Shown here: positions 46,401 to 57,300 of the stretch, in pieces
Position numbering within the stretch: the stretch's first letter is position 1
How the letters are laid out: each line of letters starts with the position of its first letter
From: Octopus sinensis
Taxonomy: Eukaryota
Direction of reading: 5' to 3'
DNA: 64,000 bases
Assembly: GCF_006345805.1 (NCBI RefSeq)
Contig: NC_042998.1
Location: 174,840,001 to 174,904,000 of the forward strand
The notes under the pieces: generated by a model
The model's input: the letters and a program-made list of their open reading frames with translations, nothing else
Told to the model about the DNA's origin: nothing
Database searches by the model: none
Made by a program: the position numbers and the translations under genes

Positions 46401-46578
46401 CATTAGCTGGCACTACCAAGAGTTCAATATCAACTTGCTTGAGATACGAGTAAAAAGTTCCACAGGAAGTGTGTTACATCTACAAACAAAGCAAGCTGGT
46501 ATCATTTATCATCTTATGACCAAGCTTAGCCGCAAGCCCGGTTCTGAGGAACAAAATGGAATTAAGAGTATTTTATAA
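19311..46578 (+). CDS. KRIT1: KRIT1/CCM1 orthologue, 16 coding exons, 728 aa: join(19311-19551,22571-22678,24457-24577,25557-25800,26905-27005,30482-30619,31445-31598,32514-32621,32905-33009,36330-36393,38246-38406,40408-40571,41348-41462,41605-41688,43075-43146,46372-46578)
   Basis: All exons are bounded by AG/GT with compatible phases, and the joined length of 2187 nt is divisible by 3. The translation matches recalled KRIT1 motifs in order: VAVIKPK..SRE, KMLAIEKCDTVVMNPLFGS, ankyrin repeats (PIHKCAYEGD, APIHYAAW, TPLHIAA), FERM (MDG..GDNTTV, FSIWICS, LQLK..HKP, YGSAFF, IGVN..GIHLIN, TKQAG). There is an in-frame TAA at 19287-19289 upstream of the ATG. Confidence 0.95.
20445..20830 (+). mobile_element. 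Old SINE A-related copy; other degenerate copies at about 23250-23465(-), 28050-28190(+), 36880-37310(+), 54295-54420(-), 55490-55600(-)
   Basis: Recognisable aaccacatgg..gggttcaatccc...gggcaagt head and body with many CpG-decay changes. Confidence 0.65.
22571..22678 (+). CDS. KRIT1: KRIT1 coding exon 2 (GERALPV...LYCVPITHNHN)
   Basis: ttttaatag acceptor, A|GTAAGT donor, phase 1 to 1, open frame; LYCVP resembles LFIVP. Confidence 0.88.
24457..24577 (+). CDS. KRIT1: KRIT1 coding exon 3 (NNIEKS...FFSLDIV...LLFTLK)
   Basis: ttttcag acceptor, AA|GTATGT donor, phase 1 to 2, open frame. Confidence 0.88.
25557..25800 (+). CDS. KRIT1: KRIT1 coding exon 4 (NWLAEKH...NPVF...NPLFGSGLPYKAK)
   Basis: Strong KRIT1 motif match; donor GTATAT (see finding on the AT-AC alternative). 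Confidence 0.93.
26905..27005 (+). CDS. KRIT1: KRIT1 coding exon 5 (TNRVVTNIYWGMGIPDYKEI...)
   Basis: Resembles VVINPYFGLGAPDYSKI; AT|GTGAGT donor, phase 0 to 2. Confidence 0.9.
29020..30160 (+). mobile_element. 5'-truncated RTE-clade LINE: RT C-terminus, 3'UTR with tandem units, (GAT)n tail
   Basis: ARIRIAWAKFKELLPLLVTKGLLLRVKGRLYDACV, LHWYGHVLHMDEDSGVKKC, with stop codons. Confidence 0.88.
30482..30619 (+). CDS. KRIT1: KRIT1 coding exon 6, ankyrin repeats
   Basis: MDQLWARNYPIHKCAYEGD...GFAPIHYAAW; TG|GTAAGT donor, phase 2 to 2. Confidence 0.93.
31445..31598 (+). CDS. KRIT1: KRIT1 coding exon 7, ankyrin repeats
   Basis: KGHADAVVTLLRAGCSPN...TPLHIAAMRGKPNVVDVLL; GTG|GTAAGC donor. Confidence 0.93.
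32514..32621 (+). CDS. KRIT1: KRIT1 coding exon 8
   Basis: NARNKNNKTPYDLC...AADLLEAAMNRP; 108 nt, phase 0 to 0, long pyrimidine tract and CCA|GTAAGT donor. Confidence 0.92.
32905..33009 (+). CDS. KRIT1: KRIT1 coding exon 9, start of FERM F1
   Basis: SRKIEIHLMDGKQKTLNLTTGDNTTV; AGA|GTGAGT donor, phase 0. Confidence 0.9.
34540..34730 (+). repeat. Old unclassified interspersed family (cagacctatgatcaaaggtattccagc core); copies at about 7870-7995, 31050-31250, 37880-38040, 57400-57640
   Basis: Recurrent diverged motif ctctgatca.acagacct...attccag seen in both orientations. Confidence 0.45.
36330..36393 (+). CDS. KRIT1: KRIT1 coding exon 10
   Basis: ELDLPESYGNIFSIWICSQSL resembles YFTIWICSENL; G|GTACGT donor, phase 0 to 1. 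Confidence 0.9.
38246..38406 (+). CDS. KRIT1: KRIT1 coding exon 11
   Basis: ELQLKLEHKPV...DPEQEKPVLQWRRN resembles LQLKPYHKP...DPQRETPQLFLRRD; phase 1 to 0. Confidence 0.92.
39071..39302 (+). mobile_element. SINE B, near-consensus copy; degenerate copies at about 9930-10050, 12170-12290, 15220-15400, 16100-16300, 55640-55830
   Basis: Near identical to the copy at 1190-1422. Confidence 0.9.
40030..40307. mobile_element. MITE-like element with imperfect TIRs of about 26 bp
   Basis: aattggaatcttttccttttgaacg ... cgttcaacaggaaaagatccgataatt. Confidence 0.5.
40408..40571 (+). CDS. KRIT1: KRIT1 coding exon 12, FERM F2
   Basis: INLLFQEAYHNYIYGLY resembles ILILFDEARYNLLKGFY; TG|GTCAGT donor, phase 0 to 2; an in-frame alternative acceptor lies 9 nt downstream. 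Confidence 0.88.
41348..41462 (+). CDS. KRIT1: KRIT1 coding exon 13
   Basis: TKNLTKFLPTSKQK...YILAQYR; strong acceptor, weaker GTTTGA donor fixed by the phase of the next exon. Confidence 0.82.
41605..41688 (+). CDS. KRIT1: KRIT1 coding exon 14
   Basis: FLKKCHTLQIYGSAFFFG resembles FLQNCWEIPTYGAAFFTG; CGA|GTATGT donor. Confidence 0.92.
43075..43146 (+). CDS. KRIT1: KRIT1 coding exon 15
   Basis: IGVNGFGIHLINVQAK resembles VGVNIKGLHLLNMETK; AAG|GTAAGT donor. Confidence 0.92.
46372..46578 (+). CDS. KRIT1: KRIT1 terminal coding exon, FERM F3
   Basis: LQTKQAGIIYHLMTKL resembles VHTKQAGLVVKLLMKL; ends in TAA. Confidence 0.92.
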   Translation, partial: SFPKSYMYKDISWHYQEFNINLLEIRVKSSTGSVLHLQTKQAGIIYHLMTKLSRKPGSEEQNGIKSIL

Positions 46579-47129
46579 CTAAATATACTTGTGGGAATAT
46601 TTGTGTAAATATGTTTATTTGTGTCTTAAGTGGTTTAAGCATAATATTAAATGATAACTTTCTCTTTCTCTCTCCCTCTGAAAGTAAGTGGGATATGTCA
46701 GGAATGTGTGTGTGCATGTGTATCAGAGTGAGTGAGTGAAATTTTGTGTATTTGTGTAAATATGTATGTCTGAGCTGAAGTGATTTTGGTGGCAGTGGAG
46801 AATGCAAGTGAATGCAAGAGATCAATAGTTTCACATCAAATTCATTTCACAGAAATCAGTTGTGATGACTTCTGTTATATTTTATATAAAATCAAGGAAT
46901 TTAGAGAAACAGAGAAAGTGAAAGTAAGAGAAAACGGAAGAAATTTTCTTGAGGCTGTGTTCCACATAATTTATCAATTCTTCAAGTATATAAAAGTTAT
47001 TGTAACTTCTTAAATTCAGAACTCTGCAGAACTCCGACATGTTTGCTGCTTTATAAATCTAAATCTGTGATCACTTTAATTTTTATACTGACTTTGTTAT
47101 GTATGTGGACCACTGTTGTATGGGGCACT

Positions 47130-47160
<31 letters not shown>

Positions 47161-47304
47161 GAAGATACCCATTCATCTTGCATGGCCCTCACACATATGA
47201 GAAAACTCATTTGTCTTGAGTGGACCCACACATGAATTCTTTAGGGTCCTGTGTGGAATCTTTACATCACATGTAAGGCTTACTCAACCCCGTCCCCTTC
47301 CAGA

Positions 47305-47320
47305 AATAAAATAAAATAAA
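47305..47320 (+). terminator. Candidate KRIT1 polyadenylation signals (overlapping AATAAA x3)
   Basis: aataaaataaaataaa about 730 nt after the stop codon, followed by T-rich sequence. Confidence 0.35.
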
Positions 47321-47751
47321 ATATATAAATTAATGATTCTTTTTTTCAAAAAAAAATTGCGTTTCAGTCTTTATTTAAACGTTATCCAGTTTAGCAGTAA
47401 CTTTTTCTTATTTCTTGCTGCAAATAATTCCAATAGTTATTGTGTACCCATCTCTGCTACGTCTGTCTCTTGCTTTTCATATCTTGAGTGCAATTCTAAG
47501 AAATGTTCTTAGTGCAACACTCACCCATTTATTCACCTCTCTGCATCACACCTACATATGAGCCAATAAACTTTTATGCTGTTTCTTTGCCTGCATAAAT
47601 TGCAGCTAAATCTTTTTCACATGATATTTCATTCAGGACCATCTTATCAGCATTATAGGCCCCCAGGCAAATGAGTGCCTAGGGCTCTATAGTATTTATT
47701 TATTGACAGCAGGCCACAACATACATAGATTACAATCGGGCCCCTAGATCT

Positions 47752-47967
47752 ATTTCTTTACTACCCACAATGGGCTAAACACAGAGAGGACAAACAAGGG
47801 CAGACAAACGGATTAAGTCAATTATATCGACCCAAGTGTGTAACTGGTACTTAATTTATTGACCTGAAAGGTTGAAAAGCAAAGTCGACCATGGCGAAAT
47901 TTGAACTCAGAACGTAACGGCAGACGAAATACGGCTACGCATTTCGCCCGGCATGCTAACGTTTCTG
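47752..47967 (-). mobile_element. 5'-clipped SINE B with a perfect 14-bp TSD (gggcccctagatct)
   Basis: TSD at 47738-47751 and 47968-47981. Confidence 0.9.
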
Positions 47968-49129
47968 GGGCCCCTAGATCTGTGAGGCCTCTGGGCAACT
48001 CTCCAGTGTCCCCATGCCTCAAGACAGCACTGGCTCCATTTGTCTTCAAAATGGATAAAAATACAGAATAAAGTAATCCTGAATATATCAAAAAAGTAAA
48101 CATGGGAGTTGTTTCTTCCATTTGTAAATGTCATCGGAGAATGATGGAAGCCATGACACTGCACAAAACTGGCTCTAAAAGTGATGTAAAGGTAAGTTTT
48201 CTTCTCAAAATTACTCACAGAGATACAATTAAACAATGTTATTTCCAAATCTCTATAAAAAGAAAATTGGCATTATAGAAACAATAACAAAAATACTGCT
48301 ATTACCTCCCTTCCCAATATTGTAGGAGTCTGCACGTAATACATTGAAAATTTTCCATAAGCAAAAATGCATTTTGTTACCCTCATTGAAAAATTGCTGC
48401 ATTTCTGCAATACATCATTAATATCTTTAAATACATCTTTATGGAACTACAAGACTTTATCACTATACATATACCAGCTCAGACTAACACCTGACACACC
48501 ACATCAGTTATAGTAATTTGTTGAAGAGTAAACTAATGGCAAATCAGTTAAAGGTAGAAACATCTACCCATCATCATCATCGTTTAACATCCGCTTTCCA
48601 TGCTAGCATGGGTTGGACGAATGACTGAGGGCTGGCGAACCAGATGGTTGCACCAGGCTTCAATCTTGATCTGGCAGAGTTTCTACAGCTGGATGCCCTT
48701 CCTAACGCCAACCACTGCTTTTATGTGCCACTGGCACGGGGGCCAGTCAGGCGGTACTGGCAACGACCTCGCTCCATTGCAAAAATTTTACTCTTAAGTT
48801 TCAGGTACAGAAAGAAGAATACCAGCAAAGTGACCCACCAATGGACATGTCACCTCTTCCTGTCAGGTCAAGCTTTTGAGCTGCTACCGTCAATGTCAGC
48901 AAGATGAGTCGTTGGTAAAAAGAGACTGGAGATGCTGGAATAGTGATGAATAGATGTGTACAAGATGGAAAGGATAATGGGGTTGGCAGAGAAATAGGTA
49001 AGGTAATAGTGGGGTTTGTGTTGTTTTGTAACTAGCCTAGGCTAGTTATAGACAACATCACTGTAGTATCTGAATATTTTTGCATACACACTTGTCAGGG
49101 CTGATAGATGAATAGTGAAGCCCTCTGCA

Positions 49130-51662
49130 AGCTGCCTTCAGAATGAAAGGTAGTGACTTTACTACGGCTAGCCATTTTAATGCACTTTTTGAAGAACACC
49201 AGGAGTGTTTCCCTTACACGGAGGTTATGGTTGTAATACAAACATGAAAAATTAAGGCTCCTGAAGTTTTGCAGTCCAAACTTCAGGAAGCTGGTCAGTC
49301 AACTGATCACCTAATATTAGATGAATACACATACCAAATAGATTATATTCTCACTAGGAAGGGATAGGTGAATAGTTGTAACTCTAAGCCTTTCCCCATT
49401 GAAGAATATACTGCTCAACATTGATTAGTGACTTCAGTGTGAGAACTGATAGCCTCGGAGACTAAAGCCAATTAGGAGAAAGAAAATATGGAGCTTTCAA
49501 CTGACCATAGATTCAGGAAAGTTTTGAGTGATGCTTGTTACAGAAAAGAGATGGAAACTTCTAGCATAGGAGAAAATGAGATTTCTGTGAGACAACCTGC
49601 TGAGGCCAACAAATTAAATCTATGGCTACTGCTAGGTTCCATCCAGTCAAAGGGACATGTGCTGGAATAACACTGTAGACAAATTCATAACAAGAGACAG
49701 GTCTGGAATAGCTCAAAGAGAAGATAGACATCAAGTGTGTGTGTGGCCAAAGAAGGAAGGTTTGCACAGTCTGTGAAGTTAGTATCTGAGGCATGAGGTG
49801 TTCTGGATTGCTAGACAGTATACTAGAAAGAATTAAGATATTGCTAGAGATAAGTGTGTGCAGAATAACAACGTAATCATAATTACTGATGCTGAAAAGA
49901 AAAACAAAACATTATTTCTTGAATGAAGATAATCATTGAAGAATGAGAGAATCTACTCCAAAGAAATCCAATTAGAGGACGAGCCACAAGAATATGGAAG
50001 ATATGTGAAGCAACAATTATTAAGGATTGTCACTGATATTCTTTTACTTGTTTCAGTCATTTTGACTGCGGCCATGCTGGAACACCACCTTTAGTCAAAC
50101 AAATCAACCCTAGGATATATTCTTTGTAAGCCTATTACTTATTCCATTGGTCTCTTGCCGAACTGCTAAGTTACGGGGATGTAAACACACCAACATCAGT
50201 TGTCAAGCGATGGTGTGGTGACAAACAGATACACGCAAATATATACATATATATACACAATGGGCTTCTTTCAGTTTCCATCTACCAAATCCATTCACAA
50301 AGCTTTGGTCAGCCCAGGGCTATAGTAGAAGACATTTGTCCAAGGTACCACACAGTGGAACTTAATCTGGAACCATGTGGTTGGGAAGCAAGCTTCTTAC
50401 CACACAGCCATGTCTGTGCCTTTATGTTTGAAATATTTGACAAAGTAGGGTACAAGTTAGTCAATCAGGTAATACAAGGTAGTGTCATACCTAATGACTT
50501 TTGTTGCAGAATTATCATAAACTACTATGTGGATTAAGGTGATCCATTGGAGAGAGGAAACTACAGAGGCATCAAGTTATGAAAGTTACAGAAGTAAGCC
50601 CCTAAACCTAGCATACTTCAATTTGAAGAAGGTCATTGACAGAATCTCTTAATCTGATTTGGTAATCACTAGGGATAGGTAAATGGCTTGTAAGGGCTGT
50701 ACAAGCTATGATCAAACATGCAGTCAGAAAATTGTTAGTCAATGAGTTCAACAACAAATTTAGCATGTAAAAAGGTAGGAGTCCCTCATGTCTATTATAG
50801 TTCTCTAAGCCATAACACTACTCTAAAACCAACTGCAGGAACTCTGCTTATTACTTATCTTTTATAGCTAATCTACTGATGAGGTGAAATTCTAGACATG
50901 GAAGCAAAACCTGCAATTGAAGGACCTTAAATAAACTTATCACAAGCTAAAGTTTTAGTATGTAGGAAATAACACAGGATTTTGCTACCATCAGAGACAT
51001 ATCCATACTAGGTATATAGAAAAGAAGTAAATAAAAATTTCATCTAGTGTTTCCAGCTTCACTGAATGTGTAATGTGAATGAATGTCTGAGTTAAATGAA
51101 CTGAGAGAAAAACTGGATATCAGAGGAATCAGATGTGTGCAAGAAAAAGACTACACTGGTGCAGATGTCATCTTCCATACACATCACATGCCCACATGTG
51201 ACAAGTATGGAGGATAACAGCTGTATAGGGAAGTGCTGAGCACTCAAAATGAATGGAACTTGCAGAAGGAGATGTAGAAATAATGATTAACATGAAAATA
51301 AATATCAAATGGAAATTGTAGCTGAGTTACCTGTGCCAATGGCACGTAAAAAGCACCGTCTGAACGTGGCCGATGCCAGCGCCACCTTGACTGGCTTCTG
51401 TGATGGTGGCACATAAAAAGCACCAACCAATTGTGGTCGCTGCCAGCCTCCTCTGGCACCTGTGCTGGTGGCGTGCAAAAAGCACCCACTACACTCATGG
51501 AGTGGTTGGCGTTAGGAAGGGCATCCAGCTGTAGAAACACTGCCAAATCACACTGGAGCCTGGTGCAGCCTCCTGGCTTTCCAGACCCTGGTTGAACCGT
51601 CCAACCCGTGCTAGCACGGAAAACGGATGTTAAACAACGATGATGATGGTGATGATGATGAT
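49130..51662 (+). mobile_element. Highly degenerate, long RTE LINE (EN to 3' tail), interrupted by a SINE A at 50041-50415(-)
   Basis: EN remnant QIDYILTRK at about 49335-49362, RT C-terminal LREKLDIRGIRC at about 51100-51140, then the RTE 3'UTR and (GAT)n tail. Confidence 0.7.
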
Positions 51663-51729
51663 GATCTTTTTTCAAAGTCACTTTTGTTGAAGAAATCCAA
51701 ACTGGACAAACTGTTTGGTGCACTGATGG

Positions 51730-53100
51730 GTTCATATGACTGCTGGAATACGTGATTTAGTAGGGCTTTTTATACTAGATATCCAAAAACAGATTATGTT
51801 CCCCTCCTACGATATTGGTTTACACCAAGATAATGGATTAAGGCATGTCCTAAGGCTGTGATGATCATACACTAGATACATTTAGTTAAAAACCTCATGT
51901 CTTCCTTCAGCAGTATAGTTCTCAAAATCGCAGTAACTACAAATCTCACAAAAGTTTACTTCTTAGAGGCTTCCTTGGACCTAGATCTAACTTTTAGTAT
52001 TTAAAGTGACCATATCCAGCCCAAATATTCAACCTGTTTTATGTTCAAACTAACCAGATCTAGCTCCTCTTACCTACCCTACAATGTCATTCTAAAAATA
52101 AACAATCATGCTATCAAAATTTTGAAAAAATGAGATAATGCATAATTAATTTAAAACAATATGAATAAATAACTATTGCATTCTGAGAGATCTGAATGCT
52201 AAAACGTTAAACACTTACTTGACCCACCATAAACTAACTATAATACTTAACATTAGTAATAGGATCTCTCACCTTTCTTCCTCTAAAGAAAATTTCAATT
52301 AGGCAACTTCCTACTATATAATAGCACCTTAGCCAACTGTTGTTTTAAAGAAAAGATATACACTCTGACCCAAACAAGAACCAAGCTTAAAAATAGACCA
52401 TTGAAATTTATATTGTTCGTTTCCCCATTCTTCTAGAATGTTTTAAAAAATTCTTAGCCTGGGTAGATAAACATTTCCCCATAAGCCATAGATATAAGAA
52501 AATTTTCAGAAGACATTCAATGAAAGTTTCCTACAGTTGCAGCCTTAATATGAAAAGTATTTCCTTCAGCCACACAAGATGTCCATTCAAACAGCATCTT
52601 CAGGAATTCAGATACTTGCCCACTAGACCAGGCATACATGGTTAACTCAGTCATCTCCAATGTTGAAGTCATCTCTGTTCTGCCAACTAAAGGAAACAAA
52701 GGGAAAAAATATATTAGACTTGCAAAAGTCACTTCAAAAAGAGATACATGAATCAATGTTCTTTAAAGTACATAGACAAAAAGAAAAACACAAAGCTAGC
52801 AGGCAATATCAAGAACAACTGTATACCACACACCATCAAGTGAAGCATCATAGAGAGATCTAGACCATACATTAATTGGTCAAAAAAAAGTGCAGGTTCT
52901 GTAAAGATGAAGAACATACATTATTAAATCAAAGAACTGCACTGACCTTCTAAGCCTGAAATCAGAAATGTTTGCAGGATGTAAGCATCTTGATAAGTTT
53001 GTTATCAAGCAGGAAGACACCAGCTTACTAGATTAGACAGTTTAACACACTTTAGCATTTCTCCCATTTCCTTACACTTACTAGACATAGTTATTTTAGA
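51730..53100 (+). mobile_element. Degenerate Penelope-like element (RT + GIY-YIG remnant), interrupted by a piggyBac-like MITE at about 51989-52210
   Basis: GLHQDNGL, KVYFLEASLDL, NRISHLSSSKENF, FLAWVDKHFPISHRYKKIFRRHSMKVSYSC, FKKRYMNQ; boundaries approximate. Confidence 0.75.
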
Positions 53101-53637
53101 TCTAAACACTCAGCATTAACAATATTTTCCATCTATCAGGTTAAAGGTATACAATCTTTGTTTTCCTTTTCCCTTAATGTTATTTTCTTGTTTTTCCTTG
53201 CAATTTCTCATGGAGTAACCATATTTGAGCCTGAAAGATTGCTGGATTATGCACAGTACACTATACAAGCCTGTCCAATTACTGCATAACTCAAGCATGA
53301 AACTTGACATAGTTCACATGTAACTCTTGTATGCATTATTCATTAAATGATACTTTTGTTGGATTGAATACATTTTTACTGATCCTACAAACAAGAGAAC
53401 AGCACATAATACATGTATACTAGCATACTTGTGTCAACAAAAATGGTGACAGTTTTATTAATAATACAAAATGGTGCATCAATACAGTGGGAGAAACCAT
53501 TGATAAATGTCAGCAATCTAGTAAATATATGTACATGCACAGAATTGAAGCACTTGAAAAATCAGATACGATTGCAATGAAAATGTCATCTACATGATAT
53601 GCGCATGCATGTGTGTGTGTGTATATATGTATGTATA

Positions 53638-53880
53638 TAGGGTGCAATGGGTAAATTGTTGCCATTTTATATTTTTAATTTTGCCCATTGTTTGTTTTTG
53701 ATTTTGCCAACTACACAGTGTAGTAGGGTCAGTTGGGCACCATCTGTGAGAAAAACAGCACCATGACACAATTCACTCTGCCAGAAATTTGAAAACAACA
53801 TGTTGTACTGCTTGACATTTGTGCCAGAAGCTCCAATATGAACATTTCAGAGTGTTTAAATGTCAATCTGAAAATAGTGC
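53638..53880 (+). mobile_element. Tc1/mariner 5' fragment, same family as 14004 and 62192
   Basis: agggtgcaatgggtaaattg...gggcaccatctgtgagaaaaac shared with the other copies. Confidence 0.8.
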
Positions 53881-55949
53881 AATCTGAGGACTGCATGGAA
53901 GATGGATGTTAAATGATGATGATGTATATCATCATCATCATCATCTTCATTTAACATCCCTCTTCCATGCTGGAATAGGCCGGATGGTTTGACAGGAACT
54001 GGCAAGCTAGAGGACAACACCAAGCTCTACTGTCTGTTTTGGCATGGTTTTTATGGCTGGATTCCCTTCCTGACACCCAATACATATTTGTGAATAATAA
54101 GTATCATTAGGCTCAAGTTTCTAATGCACCAATTATTTTTTCTCTGGTATTCTGATGTGGAGAATGATAAGGAATTGACTATAACTCAGTGAATCTCAAG
54201 GAACTTTGTTCTTTATGCTCTAGTATTTTGGTTTTCTGGTTGGTGTTTATATGTTTCACTGATATATTGGATATGCATCTTTAACAGACTTCTACATAAA
54301 TTTTGTGTGCCATACTCCACTCATGAAGTATTGATCAATCTGAGGCTATGGCAGGAGACATTTGTCCAAAGTTGTGTTCTTTGAAATCAAACCCAGAACC
54401 ACCTGACCATGTGTAGTGAAGCCATCTGTTCATAGATGCTTAGTAAGGAGAGGAAAAATTACTCTCAGTGAGATTTGAACTCAGAAACATAAAAGTGTGT
54501 AACCACAGTCGGTCATTTAGTCCAGCATGCTACTGTTTATGCTATTCCATTACTCTGACTTGTCTATTATCAGTATAACTGAAAATAGATCCTCTTCCTA
54601 TTCCTAATTAAGCAGTATTAAGAATGGGCATTGTGCCACAGAAGCGCTGGGTGGAGAGAGAGAATTGCTTCATCATGTGATATAGAAATAATTAAATTTG
54701 CAAAAGAACATCTCGCTCATAGCAACATTGGAAAATAGATAAAATTTACATTAAACATATAAATTGGATGGGTACATCAGAGCCAAAATTTTATCTAGTT
54801 CTGTAGACTTCAGGTGTCCTTGCTACCAATTACCTACTGATTTCTTAGATAATCTTGTTTATTATCATTAGTTGTACATAAAATAATTGGGTTGACCAAA
54901 ATAAAATACCCACCTCTGTGAGTTATTACTATCTATAGAAAGAACCATCTGAGACAGATGAGTAAATTTCCACCTCAAGACCAGGTGTAAATTATCTGTT
55001 TTATAGCATATGAAATTAGTATTTTTAGAATCAGAATCTAATTTATTGCCAACGAATAAACTATTTATTGATCATGTGGTTTACTGTGATGAAAGTAAGT
55101 TTTGGGGTATTTTTAAGCATATTGCTTTTAACTTGGCAAAAGAACTCGGGAATGAGGAAACTGGATCATTTTACATTCATATCTTTCTCAAGAGAGATGA
55201 AATGAATTAGTTTTAACCAAAATGAGCTTGTAGTCAGTTTTAGAACCCATACTCATTATCAACATTTTAAATTCTACAGGCATGGGTTGAATGAAACTTT
55301 TTGAGGCAGTGTTTTACAACTGTATTCCCTGCTTTATGCCAACCCTTGCTTGGTTTTTTCAAGTAAGATACTTTATTCCATATCTTTGCATGGTGAGCTG
55401 CCAAACTACCAAACTCTTTGATTATAAGAGATATAAACAGGATCATCACTTTCTATGCAGTGCCAATGCAAAGGCACACACATATGACAGGCTGCCATTC
55501 ATTTTCCATCTGTCAAATCTCACTCACAAAGCATTGTTCAACCTGAGGCTATAGTAGAAGATGTTTCTCCAAGATACTTAGCAGCAGAATTCAACCCAAG
55601 TTACAAAGTGAACTAATTTATCCATTATTAATTAGATTACATAAAGGCAGTGAGCTAGCGGAACAGTTAGCAAGCCAGACAAAATGCCTCTACACATTTT
55701 GTCCATCTTTACTAGTTCAAATTCCACCGAGGACTCCTTTGTCTTTCATTCTTTCAGGGTCAATAAAATAAGTACCAGTCACACACTGAGCTCATTGTAA
55801 TAAACTGGCCCTCTCCTACAAAATATGTACCTATATGCCTATAGTAGAACAGATTTATTAAGTTGCATACTTCGACAGTTAATGTTTTCATTATTTTTAT
55901 ATCTGATTTTCCCTGCTTTCATGGATTGGATGAGTCCTTTTTCAATACA

Positions 55950-57300
55950 GTGTCTTACAAATTTGTTGTGTTCCTTGCCATCTCGTCTGTGAAGTCATTG
56001 TCTTGAGATCAGTTTCCTTCACTTCTGCTCATGTTTTACTTGGTCTTTTCCTTTCATTGTTTCCTTCCCCTTGAATATTCTAGCACTACCTTTTGTATAT
56101 TCTAGGAATACATTATCCAAATAACCTTCTTTGTTTAAGACAGCAAAATGTAATTTGTGAGATATTTGGCTGTTAATTTTTAGTAGGTTGAGTAACTTTA
56201 TAGACTCAGTTAATGTATCAGTAGAAGCAACCAGTGTGAAAAAGAAACCACAGGACCTCTTAAAGATTGGCAAAAAAAACAAAATTTCAGACATGTTAGA
56301 TATACAGAGTGCACTGGGGATCTGTGAACACAACTTCAGTGGGTCTTAACTGGAAGATGACCTAACATAATGCTATGTGTTATGGGCTAAATTTTAGCTT
56401 ACTCATTTAGCTTATTTATGGCAGAGTCTATCTGAAAGGAAATACAAAAGTACACCTTGTTTATGGCTCTAGCCATTGACCACTGCAACTTGAAGGTCTC
56501 AAGCTTCTTTAATGTGGTCCTTGTGTTCAGGGTTGGGAAAGAGCTGGTGGCTGCTAGCAGAGAAGTGTTATCTATGGTCAAGAGAAAAAATATTCTCAAT
56601 TGTCAGACAGTGTAGGAACAGTTGAATTCATACAGTAGGTGCAGGATATTATCAATGGCAATGCCATTGCTAAGCAGCTCAAGGTGGCATAGTCTGCTAT
56701 CAGCTGTGGTCTGTTAAAATCCTGTACTAAAAACGCTATTGTTCACAAAATATGATACAAAAACATAAAAGTAAATGCATCATAGAATCTCTTCAACAAG
56801 GCTTATAGGACTCAGATGCACAAAGACATCAGGTACAAGTTCTACACAATTAGAAGAGGGTAGTTCATGTCTAGCAAGAGGAAACTGTGACTCAGAGGAA
56901 ACAGTGCAATCGTGTAAACATCTGGCCTCCTGAGAGGTGTCATCAGTTGAAGAAACCACCAGGCAGTTCTACAGTACCAAAAACTTACTACAGACTGCCA
57001 TCATAGATAATGGGCAACATAAGAGTGGATGGGAGACATTTGATTCTGGTTATGAAATCATTTCTGTGGTTTCATTGGATGTCATCAGCGAGGCTGCAGA
57101 TTGTTTAATTGAATGGCCTGTTTCCTTGATTTATTTAAGTTAATCATGTATCCTGTTTTTCTGGGAAGTATGTTACTTTGCCTCTTTGGTGACATTGTTT
57201 TCCCTTGTACTCTGTTTTGTTCTCGGTTGTTTGGTGCACTCTGTGCAGGAGTGATTAGCACCCATGAAAGGAAGTTCATAAATTGGTTGGACAACTTACT
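55950..57300 (-). mobile_element. Possible very old non-LTR remnant with RNase H (I/Nimb/Ingi-like)
   Basis: Ordered faint motifs LADDI (about 57080), RPQL..DY (about 56700), VVFTD (about 56330), VIWI; many stops and frameshifts. Confidence 0.3.

Noticed and set aside
52517-52756. Protein-like 79-aa minus-strand ORF with a good acceptor
   Set aside because: It is antisense to the Penelope-like remnant.
53086-53385. Minus-strand segment with acceptor and GTAAGT donor
   Set aside because: There are stops in all three frames.
55010-55210. 66-aa plus-strand ORF, plus the similar 56937-57143 ORF
   Set aside because: There is no recognisable domain and neither could be linked in phase to other exons. 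The second overlaps the putative LINE fossil.
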